Positions 30,140-39,644 of a DNA stretch of 64,000 nucleotides are shown here, piece after piece (positions within the stretch are counted from its first letter, which is position 1; each line of letters opens with the position of its first letter). Both the position numbers and the translations under genes were made by a program. Below the pieces are notes generated by a model, which was given only the letters and a program-made list of their open reading frames with translations, was not told the origin of the DNA and did no database searches. This DNA comes from Candidatus Staskawiczbacteria bacterium RIFCSPHIGHO2_01_FULL_39_25 (GTDB taxonomy: Bacteria > Patescibacteriota > Minisyncoccia > Minisyncoccales > Staskawiczbacteraceae): the NCBI GenBank assembly GCA_001820095.1, contig MHOO01000011.1, forward strand, positions 1,958 through 65,957, written 5' to 3'.

Positions 30140-31084
30140 TTATCTTGGAAGCTTCTCTGTGGGCGGATATAGTTTTTCATCAATAGTCCTTTCAAAACAC
30201 ACCCGTCCCTGGCCATGATCCCAGTTTTGAGAGTATTCTCCCGATGCTGGATAAGGGTATTTCGCAGTTGACTGAACCTTGCTGCTTAAATTAAACACGG
30301 CACATAGTTCAAACTTTAAGGCAGTTGAATCTTTGAGATAGTATTCATACGATTGATCTGTTTGGGGGTCAGCAGGAACCACATAGCCGGATATTGAATC
30401 CTCTAAATCTGACAACGAAGCTGGCATTTGCCCCTTTCTTTGCCAGTAGTTTACAATTTGTGATTGAATGCCCTGCAGGTCGCTTACCCTTTGTTGGTCA
30501 AATTGAAGCAGTCTTGCTTGCATAGGAGATCCCACGATAAAAAATGCCCCAATTACCATAATCAAGATAATTGTGCCCGTAGACCAGGCATAGTATTTTG
30601 CCGAGCTTGAAGGTTCCGCCCTTCTTACATCATCTAAGTAGTATCCAAATACAGCACCGGCCACCAAGAGCACCGAAAACGATTTTAAGATGAATTTTGC
30701 GGTAACATCGCCCCCCAAAAAGTTATAAATAACACTCACCAAGTCGCCAACAATAATAAGCGAGGCTATAAAAAGGGTTAAATAAATAAGCCATTTTCTT
30801 ATCTTTGATTCACGCGCCTGCAATTCTCTTTTATAAATTTTGTTCAGATACCACGAGGCAAGGATAAAAAGCGGAAAAATAATAATTAACGAAGAAACTG
30901 AAAACCTAATGGGCCAAACGTATGATTGATACCCATATCGTATTTGCAATATGTCTGGAAAAAAATAATTTATGTATTGCCAGCATAAGGTAATAAAGCT
31001 GATGGCTGACCAATATAAGGCCACCATAGCAAAAAGATGCAAGAATACATCGCGGGGCAAATTTCTTTTTATAATAGTTTCCAT
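30140..31084 (-). CDS. DUF5671-like membrane protein
   Basis: DVFLHL, IRKWLIYLTLFI, FDQQRVSDL, FELCAVF. Confidence 0.7.
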   Translation of the reverse strand: METIIKRNLPRDVFLHLFAMVALYWSAISFITLCWQYINYFFPDILQIRYGYQSYVWPIRFSVSSLIIIFPLFILASWYLNKIYKRELQARESKIRKWLIYLTLFIASLIIVGDLVSVIYNFLGGDVTAKFILKSFSVLLVAGAVFGYYLDDVRRAEPSSSAKYYAWSTGTIILIMVIGAFFIVGSPMQARLLQFDQQRVSDLQGIQSQIVNYWQRKGQMPASLSDLEDSISGYVVPADPQTDQSYEYYLKDSTALKFELCAVFNLSSKVQSTAKYPYPASGEYSQNWDHGQGRVCFERTIDEKLYPPTEKLPR

Positions 31085-31179
31085 AATAGTTAATATAATA
31101 CTTCTTATCCTTTATATTAAATGGTATACTGAAAAAGTAAAGCATAAAGGTCGCAACAAAATTTTTTACATATCTATTT

Positions 31180-31347
31180 ATGGATGAACAACAAAAAGAA
31201 AAATTAATGGCGACGTGCTCATGCGGCTCCGGCAAGCCCTATGGCACATGCTGCGGAAAAGAGGAAATGTGCTTTTGCGGGTCGGGAAAAATGGCAAAAG
31301 ATTGTTGCATGATTTCCCCCGAAACTCATGATATGGGAAACCCATAA
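31180..31347 (+). CDS. 55-aa protein with two tandem SEC-C metal-binding motifs
   Basis: Read by eye, not in ORF track: MDEQQKEKLMATCSCGSGKPYGTCCGKEEMCFCGSGKMAKDCCMISPETHDMGNP. Confidence 0.85.
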   Translation: MDEQQKEKLMATCSCGSGKPYGTCCGKEEMCFCGSGKMAKDCCMISPETHDMGNP

Positions 31348-31393
31348 AAAAACTTTTGCAAAAAACACCCGTAGCGCTACGGGTGTTTTTTAT

Positions 31394-31467
31394 TGGTGGA
31401 CCTGGCGAGAATCGAACTCGCGCCTCGTCAATGCGAATGACGTGTAATGCCATTTTACTACAGGCCC
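31394..31467 (-). tRNA. tRNA-Ala(CGC)
   Basis: CGTCA-TTCGCAT-TGACG; G3:U70; CCA. Confidence 0.93.
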
Positions 31468-31472
31468 GCGTG

Positions 31473-31543
31473 TCGGGGTGCTGGGAATTGAACCCAGTCT
31501 ACACCCTCCCGAAGGGTGCGTACTGCCGGCATACTCCACCCCG
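31473..31543 (-). tRNA. tRNA-Pro(CGG)
   Basis: CACCC-TTCGGGA-GGGTG; G at position 8. Confidence 0.88.
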
Positions 31544-31545
31544 TT

Positions 31546-31663
31546 ATAGAATCTTGAATTTGGAATCTAGTAGCTTGAATGGAATTGTGAATTTAGAATG
31601 TAGGTTTTTCAATTCTTCATTCTTTTATTCTATTCTAGATTCAAGATACCAGATTCTATATTC
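31546..31663. repeat. Empty periodic inverted-arm element, TAGAAT/ATTCAAG family
   Basis: tagaatcttgaatttggaatctagtagcttgaatggaat ... attctattctagattcaagataccagattctatattc. Confidence 0.82.
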
Positions 31664-31669
31664 ACACTA

Positions 31670-33157
31670 CTAAGTGACCCAATACTTGCTTTTTGTTACC
31701 TTGTCTTGCTCTGCCTGCACTTCAAATTTTTCCTCTTTTGATTTCTCTGCTAAATTTTTCAGTTTTTTATCATCTAATGCCCCTAAAGTTTTGATTTCTC
31801 CCTCTAAAAATTCCTTAGTATTTTTCTTTGGATCATCCAATACATATCCCAATAGTATATCTAAAATTTGCCCTACCTTAGGCCCCGGCTGTATTTTTAA
31901 AATATCCATAATATCTTTTCCGTCCACCTTCAACATTTTCACAGAAATAGGATCTTTTGAAACTTTTTCAATAACATATTTTAAATGCCGCAACTTATAA
32001 GGCTCTGCCTTTGGAACACCAGAACCAATCCTGTCAGCTTCCCGTAATTGCAACAATTCCTCCATATTTTCAGGCCTTACCTTTTTTACCAATCTTCTTA
32101 CCGATGATTCTGAAACTTCATCTACATTATAGTAAAACATATGGTGCCGTATCAAATTTACTATTTTTTCAGTGTCTTTATTTGAAAACTTCAAACGTTG
32201 TAAAATCTGGAAGGCCATTTTAGCTCCTAGAACTTCGTGGTTATAAAAAGTGGATTCTTTGCCCTCGCCAACTTTTGCGCGGGGTTTTCCAATATCATGG
32301 AAGAGGGCTGCCAGCCTTACATGCATATTAAATTTTTTCTTAGCAGCGTATTCCAGCGCTTTTAAGGCATGCTGGTAGCAATCATAGATATGGTGCTTAT
32401 TCTGGCCAACACCGTAATTTTCTTCTAATTCAGGGACAATATGTTTTAAAAGGCTAAGGTTGCGGAGCAAATCAACGCCATCAGAAGCCTTAGGCAACAT
32501 AATAATTTTTACAAATTCATCCCGTATTCTTTCTTGTGAAATAGCCTTTAGCCAAATGCTGTTTTTTTTAATAGCTTCGGCAGTTTTTGGTTCAATGGTA
32601 AATTCTAAGGTTGTTGCAAACCGCACTGCTCTTAACATTCGCAGAGCATCTTCATTAAACCTTTCATCGGGACTTCCAACGGTTCTAATAATTTTTTTCT
32701 TCAGATCTTTTTGCCCATCGAAAAGATCTATGATATTTAAATTGGATTTTATCTTTATTTCGGATTTCGAATTTCGTGCTTCGGATTTAATACCAATGGC
32801 CATTGCATTTACGGTAAAATCCCTTCTTGCCACATCTTCGTCTAAACTTTTAGCGAATCTTATTTCATCAGGATGGCGCTTATCTGAATATTTGGCTTCT
32901 AGCCGGTAGGTTGTAATTTCAACTTCTGGGATTTTCTCGCTTCCTGTTTTTGCCGTTACGGTCAAAAATTTATTCTCATAAAAATTATCAGGAAACACTT
33001 TTTGGATTTCTTCTGGCGCAGCTTCCGTAGCAACATCCCAATCTTTGGGTTCTATGCCAAGCAAAAAATCACGGACGCATCCGCCGACGATATAAGCCTG
33101 ATAGCCCGCGTCTTTCAACTTCTTCAGTATGGATTTTACCTCTTGTGGGATAACCAT
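31670..33157 (-). CDS. cca: CCA-adding enzyme / tRNA nucleotidyltransferase with HD domain
   Basis: VGGCVRD, DWD, RRDFTVNA, EDALRMLRAVRF, HDIGK; ATG at 33157. Confidence 0.93.
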   Translation of the reverse strand: MVIPQEVKSILKKLKDAGYQAYIVGGCVRDFLLGIEPKDWDVATEAAPEEIQKVFPDNFYENKFLTVTAKTGSEKIPEVEITTYRLEAKYSDKRHPDEIRFAKSLDEDVARRDFTVNAMAIGIKSEARNSKSEIKIKSNLNIIDLFDGQKDLKKKIIRTVGSPDERFNEDALRMLRAVRFATTLEFTIEPKTAEAIKKNSIWLKAISQERIRDEFVKIIMLPKASDGVDLLRNLSLLKHIVPELEENYGVGQNKHHIYDCYQHALKALEYAAKKKFNMHVRLAALFHDIGKPRAKVGEGKESTFYNHEVLGAKMAFQILQRLKFSNKDTEKIVNLIRHHMFYYNVDEVSESSVRRLVKKVRPENMEELLQLREADRIGSGVPKAEPYKLRHLKYVIEKVSKDPISVKMLKVDGKDIMDILKIQPGPKVGQILDILLGYVLDDPKKNTKEFLEGEIKTLGALDDKKLKNLAEKSKEEKFEVQAEQDKVTKSKYWVT

Positions 33158-33160
33158 TAT

Positions 33161-33260
33161 TAAGAATCTGGAATCTTGTATCTTGAAGCTAGAATACGAA
33201 CCGTAAAATTCTATATTCAACATTCCATTCAAGCTACCAGATACAAGATTCTAGATTCAT
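33161..33260. repeat. Empty periodic inverted-arm element, TAGAAT/ATTCAAG family
   Basis: agaatctggaatcttgtatcttgaagctagaat ... attccattcaagctaccagatacaagattctagattca; abuts cca start. Confidence 0.82.
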
Positions 33261-33315
33261 AGTATAGTAAAGTTTGCTTTTTTTCAATTTTTATCGTAAA
33301 ATCATTTAATTAATT

Positions 33316-33387
33316 GCTCCCGTGGTGAAATGGATATCACGACAGGCTTCGAACCTGTTATTGGGGGTTCGAGTCCCTCCGGGAGCA
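33316..33387 (+). tRNA. tRNA-Arg(UCG)
   Basis: ACAGG-CTTCGAA-CCTGT. Confidence 0.92.
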
Positions 33388-33414
33388 CAGCGCATTTTGC
33401 TAATCCTTATTCTT

Positions 33415-33816
33415 ATGAAAAAATTTTTACCGTTATTCCTATTATCATTAACTGTGTTACTGTTGTTTTCAGGAGTAGCACAGGCATCAGTATGCCCAGA
33501 ATTTAAGACTTCGCTGGTGCCTTGCGGGCAAAAGCCTGATTGCCCCTGCGAGCTTTTAGACCTTTTTGAAATGATTGGAAGAGTTTATTATTTCTTTGTC
33601 TGGGACATTGCAACTCCGCTTGCAGGTTTAATGATAGTAGTTGGGGGAGTTATGTTGCTGGTTTCTGGAGGCAATCCAGGATTGGCAGGAAGGGCAAAAA
33701 ATATCATAAAGTGGTCAATTATAGCTATTCTCTTAATTTTCGGCTCTTGGTTAATTATTGATTTTGTGTTAAAAGCAATAGGGTATACGAGAGCAGGAAA
33801 TTGGAGCGCATTTTAA
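33415..33816 (+). CDS. TrbC/VirB2-like pilin family protein
   Basis: Signal peptide, Cys-rich LVPCG...CPC, two TM with VGGVMLLVSGGNP...AKNII. Confidence 0.7.
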   Translation: MKKFLPLFLLSLTVLLLFSGVAQASVCPEFKTSLVPCGQKPDCPCELLDLFEMIGRVYYFFVWDIATPLAGLMIVVGGVMLLVSGGNPGLAGRAKNIIKWSIIAILLIFGSWLIIDFVLKAIGYTRAGNWSAF

Positions 33817-33846
33817 CCCTTCAATAATTGCACTCGTAACTCACGT

Positions 33847-33919
33847 GCGCCCGTAGCTCAGTTGGCAGAGCAAATCCCTCTTAAGGATAAGGTCATTGGT
33901 TCGAATCCAATCGGGCGCA
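33847..33919 (+). tRNA. tRNA-Lys(CUU)
   Basis: Anticodon loop CT-CTT-AA. Confidence 0.93.
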
Positions 33920-34048
33920 CACTTTCCCTGCCAAATATCTCTAAAGGGGTTTACAAAGAACTAAAAATATACTATAGTAATACAAAAGAAAGCAGTTGCT
34001 TTCTTTTGTATTTAAAAAATCATATAATTAACGTGAACTATAAATCTT

Positions 34049-34315
34049 ATGCTTAAAAAAGAGAAAAAAGAAAAGCTAATAAAAGAACACAGTATCCATG
34101 AAAAGGATACCGGCTCTTCAGATGTGCAAATTGCCCTGCTTTCAGAAGAAATAGATGCATTAGTCGCGCACTTAAAAGAACATCCGAAAGATATCCATTC
34201 TAAACGAGGGCTTATTAGGATGGTGGTAAAAAGAAAGAAATTGTTAAGCTACCTTCAAAAGAACGATGAAAAACGATACAAGGAAATTATTAAGAAATTG
34301 GGGCTGAAGAAGTAA
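34049..34315 (+). CDS. rpsO: 30S ribosomal protein S15
   Basis: DTGSSDVQIALL, HPKDIHSKRGL. Confidence 0.97.
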   Translation: MLKKEKKEKLIKEHSIHEKDTGSSDVQIALLSEEIDALVAHLKEHPKDIHSKRGLIRMVVKRKKLLSYLQKNDEKRYKEIIKKLGLKK

Positions 34316-34324
34316 TTCAATCGC

Positions 34325-34822
34325 ATGCTAACAAAGTCTAAAGAACAACGAGTTGAAGTGTTGATTGATGTGCAGAATTTATACTATTCTGCCAGAAATT
34401 TATACCAATCTAAGGTTAATTTCCGCGAAGTTTTAAAAACCGCCGTTGCCGGAAGAAAATTTATCAGGGCGTTCGGGTATGTGGTAAGGACAAAAACGGG
34501 CGAGGAAAAACCATTCTTTGATGCGCTATCAAAATTAGGAATTGAGACACGAGTACGAGATCTACAAGAATGGTACGGCGGAGCCAAAAAAGCTGACTGG
34601 GACGTAGGCATTGTTATTGACGCCATTAGAACCTCTCCAGGGCTGGATGTCATAGTCTTGGTTTCAGGCGATGGCGATTTTATTTCTTTGGTTGAATATT
34701 TGAAAAACCAAGGCAGAAGGGTAGAGGTTATGGCATTCGGCAGAAGCACTTCCGCAAAATTAAAAGAAATAGCTGACGAGTTTATTGACATGGATGAGTC
34801 AGAAAAATACTTGTTAAAATAA
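34325..34822 (+). CDS. NYN domain (LabA/DUF88) protein
   Basis: IDVQNL, KADWDVG, VSGDGDF. Confidence 0.92.
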   Translation: MLTKSKEQRVEVLIDVQNLYYSARNLYQSKVNFREVLKTAVAGRKFIRAFGYVVRTKTGEEKPFFDALSKLGIETRVRDLQEWYGGAKKADWDVGIVIDAIRTSPGLDVIVLVSGDGDFISLVEYLKNQGRRVEVMAFGRSTSAKLKEIADEFIDMDESEKYLLK

Positions 34823-34828
34823 TTATAA

Positions 34829-34921
34829 GCAACACTAATCTACAAATGACACCCTAATTTACCAACTACGAACAATGGGTTCGTATTCGTACATTAGTGT
34901 GCGATTAGTAATTGGTGTCGC
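34829..34921. repeat. Empty inverted-arm element (CTAAT/TACGAA type)
   Basis: acactaatctacaaatgacaccctaatttaccaactacgaa ... ttcgtattcgtacattagtgtgcgattagtaattggtgt. Confidence 0.7.
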
Positions 34922-34929
34922 TATAAAAA

Positions 34930-37050
34930 ATGGATAAAGAAATATTTGAGCTGCAAATTGGGGGCAAGGCTTTTAAAATCAAGCTTACCGACTGGGCTCC
35001 TCAAGCCTCGGGTTCATGCTTGGTGCAATACGGCGACACTGAAGTTATTGCTAACGCCACCATGTCTCCTAAGAACGTGGAGGGACAGGATTTTTTTCCG
35101 CTTACCGTAGAATACGAAGAAAAGTTTTACGCCGCAGGAAGAATTTACGGTTCGCGCTTTCTCAAAAGGGAAAGCAGGCCTACCGATGAAGCTATTTTAA
35201 CGTCACGGATGATTGATAGGGCCGTACGCCCCTTGTTCCCCAAAGACTTTAAAAAAGAGGTCCAGGTTATCACTACCTGCCTTTCATGGGACAGCGAAAA
35301 TGATCCTGATATATCGGCCATGGTAGCCGCTTCTTTTGCTTTGGCCATTTCACCGATTCCTTGGAACGGGCCTCTGGCGGCTATAAGGATTGGCAAAACC
35401 AATGGATCGTTTGTCATTAACCCTGACTATAGGCAAAGGGCTGAAGGCAGCATGGACTTAACATTGTCAGCCATAGAAAAAGACGGGAAAATCCTCATTA
35501 ATATGATTGAAATGGGAGGAAAAGAAGTGACAGAAAGTGAAATATTGGAAGCTACGGCATTCGCCGAACCAGAACTGAAAAAAATCATTGATTTCCAAAA
35601 AAAGATCATAGCGAAAATAGGAAAAGAAAAAATGCCGTTTGCGCCCGCAGTGGAGTTAGATATTGAAAAGGATATCCATGAATTTTTGGGCGATAAGCTG
35701 GAAAAGGCAATTACTCATGCCAACCCGGGTGAAAAAAACCTGGGCCAAGCAGATGCATTGCAAGAGCCGTTAAGCGCTTTTATCAAAGAGAAATATCCTG
35801 ATCAAGAAAAAGAAAAACAGGTGTTGCCGTTTTTTGAAAAGGAAATTGAAAAAATAATCATACGGAATATTTTGGAAAAAAACCAGCGGCCCGATGGCAG
35901 GACAATAGAAGAAATCAGGCCTCTTTCCTGTGAAGTTGGCGTCTTGCCAAGAACCCATGGCAGCGGAGTCTTTTGCCGCGGATTAACAAAAATTTTATCT
36001 ATTTTGACCCTAGGCGGACCGACCGACCAGCAGATTTTAGAGGGGATGGAAATTGTCGGCAAAAAAAGATTTTTGCACCACTATAATTTTCCGCCCTTTT
36101 CAACCGGTGAAACGGCGCCTTTGCGAGGGCCCAAAAGGAGGGAAATCGGCCACGGCCATTTAGCCGAAAAAGCATTGCTGCCGGTTATCCCATCAGCTGA
36201 TGTGTTCCCCTACACCATACGAATTGTTTCAGAGGCGCTATCCAGCAATGGATCTACTTCCATGGCTTCAGTGTGCGCTGCCACGGTAGCGCTCATGGAC
36301 GCTGGGGTACCCATCAAAGAACCCGTGGCAGGAATCTCTATTGGATTGGCAAAAGATGAGCAATCCGGAAAGTATAAAGTGTTAACCGATATCCAAGGGC
36401 CTGAAGACCATTTTGGAGATATGGATTTTAAGGTCGCCGGAACAAAAAATGGCGTTACCGCAATCCAGATGGATATAAAAATTGATGGCATTGATGGAAA
36501 CATTATTCAAGAGGCCTTAGAAAGGGCAAAGGATGCAAGATTGAAAATTCTTGATATAATAAAGAAAGAAATTCCCGAACCGCGCAAAAAGCTTTCTATG
36601 TACGCGCCTAAAATACTTTCACTGCAAATTAACCCTGCGAAGATCGGGGAAGTGGTAGGGCCGAAAGGAAGCGTAATAAACAAAATGATCCAGGAGTTCG
36701 GCGTCAGCATAGACATTGAAGATTCCGGCTTGGTATTTATTGTGGGCCAAGACCAAGAATCGGTTGATGCCACCGCCAATAGGATAAAAAGCATTGTAAG
36801 AGAAGTCATGGTTGGAGAAACCTTTGAGGGAATCGTAAGAAAGATTATGGATTTTGGCGCATTTGTAGACATACTGCCCGGCCAATCAGGACTGGTGCAT
36901 ATATCTAAATTTGTCCCCCACCAGATAAAAAATGTGCAGGAAGTAGTAAAAGAAGGCGATGTCATTCCCGTAAAGGTGGTTTCCATTGATGAATTAGGGA
37001 GGATAAATCTTTCGGCAATAGAGGCCGGATTCAAACCTCGCAAACGATAG
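34930..37050 (+). CDS. pnp: Polyribonucleotide nucleotidyltransferase (PNPase)
   Basis: FFPLTVEY, SRMIDR, HYNFPPFS, RREIGHG, GDMDFKVAGT, KH and S1 domains. Confidence 0.98.
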   Translation: MDKEIFELQIGGKAFKIKLTDWAPQASGSCLVQYGDTEVIANATMSPKNVEGQDFFPLTVEYEEKFYAAGRIYGSRFLKRESRPTDEAILTSRMIDRAVRPLFPKDFKKEVQVITTCLSWDSENDPDISAMVAASFALAISPIPWNGPLAAIRIGKTNGSFVINPDYRQRAEGSMDLTLSAIEKDGKILINMIEMGGKEVTESEILEATAFAEPELKKIIDFQKKIIAKIGKEKMPFAPAVELDIEKDIHEFLGDKLEKAITHANPGEKNLGQADALQEPLSAFIKEKYPDQEKEKQVLPFFEKEIEKIIIRNILEKNQRPDGRTIEEIRPLSCEVGVLPRTHGSGVFCRGLTKILSILTLGGPTDQQILEGMEIVGKKRFLHHYNFPPFSTGETAPLRGPKRREIGHGHLAEKALLPVIPSADVFPYTIRIVSEALSSNGSTSMASVCAATVALMDAGVPIKEPVAGISIGLAKDEQSGKYKVLTDIQGPEDHFGDMDFKVAGTKNGVTAIQMDIKIDGIDGNIIQEALERAKDARLKILDIIKKEIPEPRKKLSMYAPKILSLQINPAKIGEVVGPKGSVINKMIQEFGVSIDIEDSGLVFIVGQDQESVDATANRIKSIVREVMVGETFEGIVRKIMDFGAFVDILPGQSGLVHISKFVPHQIKNVQEVVKEGDVIPVKVVSIDELGRINLSAIEAGFKPRKR

Positions 37051-37110
37051 CGGACAGCATATAGCTTTAGTAGAAAGCTAAATCCTATAAGCTATGCCTT
37101 AAATCCTAAT
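37047..37110. repeat. Empty periodic inverted-arm element, TAG 7-mer type
   Basis: gatagcggacagcatatagctttag ... ctaaatcctataagctatgccttaaatccta. Confidence 0.65.
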
Positions 37111-37112
37111 AA

Positions 37113-38222
37113 ATGCCAGCAGACGCCAAAGAAATACAAGCAAAAGAATTGCTGCAGAGGACTAACATCAGAACCATGCGAAAAGACCTTCAACAATTAA
37201 GGGAGGCTGACGTTGTAAAAGAAAGTGAAAAAATAGTTGCCGCAAAAATCGCCAAAGAACCCGTCCAAAAATCATCTCCTGCTCCAGAATCCGCAGATAA
37301 GCAAATACCCCCGGCGCAAGATAAAAAAATTGGGGTAAATGCCCCGGAAGAAAGGGAGGAAAATTTGAAGGTAGGCCAATACGAAGAAAAAATTACCTAC
37401 CCAATCTCTTGGCCGGCGCCCGAGCCGATTCGTACTGTAAAAGATTCTGGGCAAAAGGCCGCACAGGAAAAAGTTGCAAAAGAACCTTTTCCAGAAATAG
37501 AGCATAAAGCGCCCGCTACCGAGACTGAAAAACAAAAAATATTTCTGCTCACATCGCAGCGGGCTAAACTAGAACATCAGCTAACCATCATCGCCAAGGA
37601 AGAGTCTCCCCTTGTTTCAGAAAAAAACCAGCTGTCGCTCCAACAGAAAGATTTGCAGAAAAAACTTAACCCCCTCATAGAAGAAGAAAAGAAAATTGAA
37701 GCGGAAAAAACAAAGATAGAAAATAGGGAGAAAGAAAATACTATTGTTGCGCAAAGGCAGTACCTAGAAAAAGAGCGCTGGAAACTTGAAGATCAAAGGC
37801 AAAAAATAGAAAAGAAACGATGGCCCATAGAAGAACACTTAGCAAAATTAGAAGAGAAAATCCAAGACATTGATGCGAAATATGAAAAAATTACTTTGGA
37901 AAAAGGCGATTTAAAAACAAAAATTGCAGAAATTAATAGCGCCCTAAAAGAGCTTAACTTTAGCATTCTGCCTTCAGAAGAAACCGCAAAGCAAGAATTG
38001 ATGGAAAAACCAAAGGAACATATGCCAATAGAGCCGTCGAAGCTTTCGAGGCCGGCAGAAAAGAATACTCTAAAAGCAGTTCCGCCAACGGTAAAAGAAA
38101 AGTTTGTACAGTCTACTAAGATTGAGGAAGAACGCAGGAGAAAATTCATGGAAGATGTTGAACGATGGGCGTCATTATCCGATAAAAATAATCATGATGA
38201 TTCGAATAATTCTAGGGCGTAA
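37113..38222 (+). CDS. Hypothetical coiled-coil protein
   Basis: IRTMRKDL N-terminal motif; long E/K heptads. Confidence 0.75.
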   Translation: MPADAKEIQAKELLQRTNIRTMRKDLQQLREADVVKESEKIVAAKIAKEPVQKSSPAPESADKQIPPAQDKKIGVNAPEEREENLKVGQYEEKITYPISWPAPEPIRTVKDSGQKAAQEKVAKEPFPEIEHKAPATETEKQKIFLLTSQRAKLEHQLTIIAKEESPLVSEKNQLSLQQKDLQKKLNPLIEEEKKIEAEKTKIENREKENTIVAQRQYLEKERWKLEDQRQKIEKKRWPIEEHLAKLEEKIQDIDAKYEKITLEKGDLKTKIAEINSALKELNFSILPSEETAKQELMEKPKEHMPIEPSKLSRPAEKNTLKAVPPTVKEKFVQSTKIEEERRRKFMEDVERWASLSDKNNHDDSNNSRA

Positions 38223-38250
38223 TATAAAATTATTAATCTAAGAGAGATTT

Positions 38251-38607
38251 ATGGAAAAAAATTTCATTGACGAGTTAAAGAAAAAATTAGAGCAGGAAAA
38301 GGCTTCTTTAACCAAAGAGTTGGAAAGTTTCGCCACAGAAGATAAGAATATAAAAGATAATTGGGACGCAAAGCGGCCTAATAGCGAAGGCACCGATATG
38401 GAAGAAAAAGCTGATGAAGTTGAAGAATACGATAACCTATTATCGTTAGAGCATAGACTTGAATTAAAGCTTAAAGACGTTAACTTGGCCCTAGAAAAAA
38501 TGGGAAGCGGTAGCTATGGAGCCTGTGAAAAGTGCGGCAAAGGAATTGAAGAAAAAAGGCTATTAGCGTGCCCTGAAGCAAGGCTGTGTATCCAGTGCAA
38601 CAGCTAA
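38251..38607 (+). CDS. DksA/TraR C4 zinc-finger protein
   Basis: YGACEKCGKGIEEKRLLACPEARLCIQC. Confidence 0.9.
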   Translation: MEKNFIDELKKKLEQEKASLTKELESFATEDKNIKDNWDAKRPNSEGTDMEEKADEVEEYDNLLSLEHRLELKLKDVNLALEKMGSGSYGACEKCGKGIEEKRLLACPEARLCIQCNS

Positions 38608-38693
38608 TAGAATATTGTCTTTTGAAAATCCGAGCTGTAGCTCGGATTTTTTAATAGAAAATTAATGATATGCTAATATAATAAAGTAGCACG

Positions 38694-38790
38694 TTGACAA
38701 CTATATCCCATAATGTATAATAAAACTAGCATTGAGAGCATGTTGTTCTCAATGATCTGACCTTTGTCAATTTAATCTTCAGAAGGGGGA
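38694..38790 (+). promoter_or_regulatory. Sigma70 promoter, hairpin, degenerate boxA-like motif and SD
   Basis: TTGACA-16-TATAAT; cattgagagca/tgttctcaatg hairpin; GACCTTTGTCAA; AAGGGGGA. Confidence 0.55.
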
Positions 38791-38797
38791 AATTACC

Positions 38798-39544
38798 ATG
38801 AACGCACAGCTTCGTACTGAGGCCATTACGCCTCTTCCCGGATCGTTAAATGCGAAAACAAGCGGCAAGACCTTGCCCCTTGCCGAGCTGGCAACTAATA
38901 AGAATGGCAGCCAGCCTATGAAAAATACCAAAGTGGGTGCAATCCTTCAGGATTATCCGCAAACTAAAGTTACGGTTCTCAAAACCATTGCTTGGATGGA
39001 ATTGGCCTTTATCGTTGTTTTGGCGGCGCTCTGCTATTTCATTGCTACCAGCAAGAACAGTGTTGCAGGCACAACAAGCATGCTTGTTCCCAAAAACGAA
39101 GCAAGTAGCAAAAATACGATTGCTGCCAACAACGACAAGACACCAGAAAAGCTTCCCGGAGATTTTTCGTCCCGAGGGCTTGAAATAACTGGCAAGTGGT
39201 CTACCGATGGCACAGACGGATACTATATTACAATAAAAGGGAAGATCAAAACGGACAAAGAACGCTACGTTCTATTTTACCAGTCGCAGAACAAATCAGC
39301 TGGATCAGAGCCGCCTAAGAAAGTAGCTCGCGGAGAACTAACAAAAATAGACCTGATTACTGGCGAATGCGACACCATAAAAGAAAGGGTTCTTTACTTC
39401 ACTCGTCCTGCAACATTCCAGTTGATAGATTACCACACTGAAGAGCTAGTTTGCCAAAAAACGATATCTGGCGCAGCTCCACCCGTTGCGCAAAAAACAA
39501 GCACCAGCTCACTGGCCCCCAAACTAAAATCCAAAAAAAAGTAA
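38798..39544 (+). CDS. Hypothetical single-pass membrane protein (ORFan-like)
   Basis: One TM helix near residues 65-82; own promoter, SD and terminator. Confidence 0.7.
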   Translation: MNAQLRTEAITPLPGSLNAKTSGKTLPLAELATNKNGSQPMKNTKVGAILQDYPQTKVTVLKTIAWMELAFIVVLAALCYFIATSKNSVAGTTSMLVPKNEASSKNTIAANNDKTPEKLPGDFSSRGLEITGKWSTDGTDGYYITIKGKIKTDKERYVLFYQSQNKSAGSEPPKKVARGELTKIDLITGECDTIKERVLYFTRPATFQLIDYHTEELVCQKTISGAAPPVAQKTSTSSLAPKLKSKKK

Positions 39545-39644
39545 CCGGCTATATGCTGGGAACCCATCCAAAGGCATTGAGAGAACCTCAACGCCTTTTT
39601 TATTTATAAAATAAGGTGATATAATAAATCTGTATTAAAAGCAT

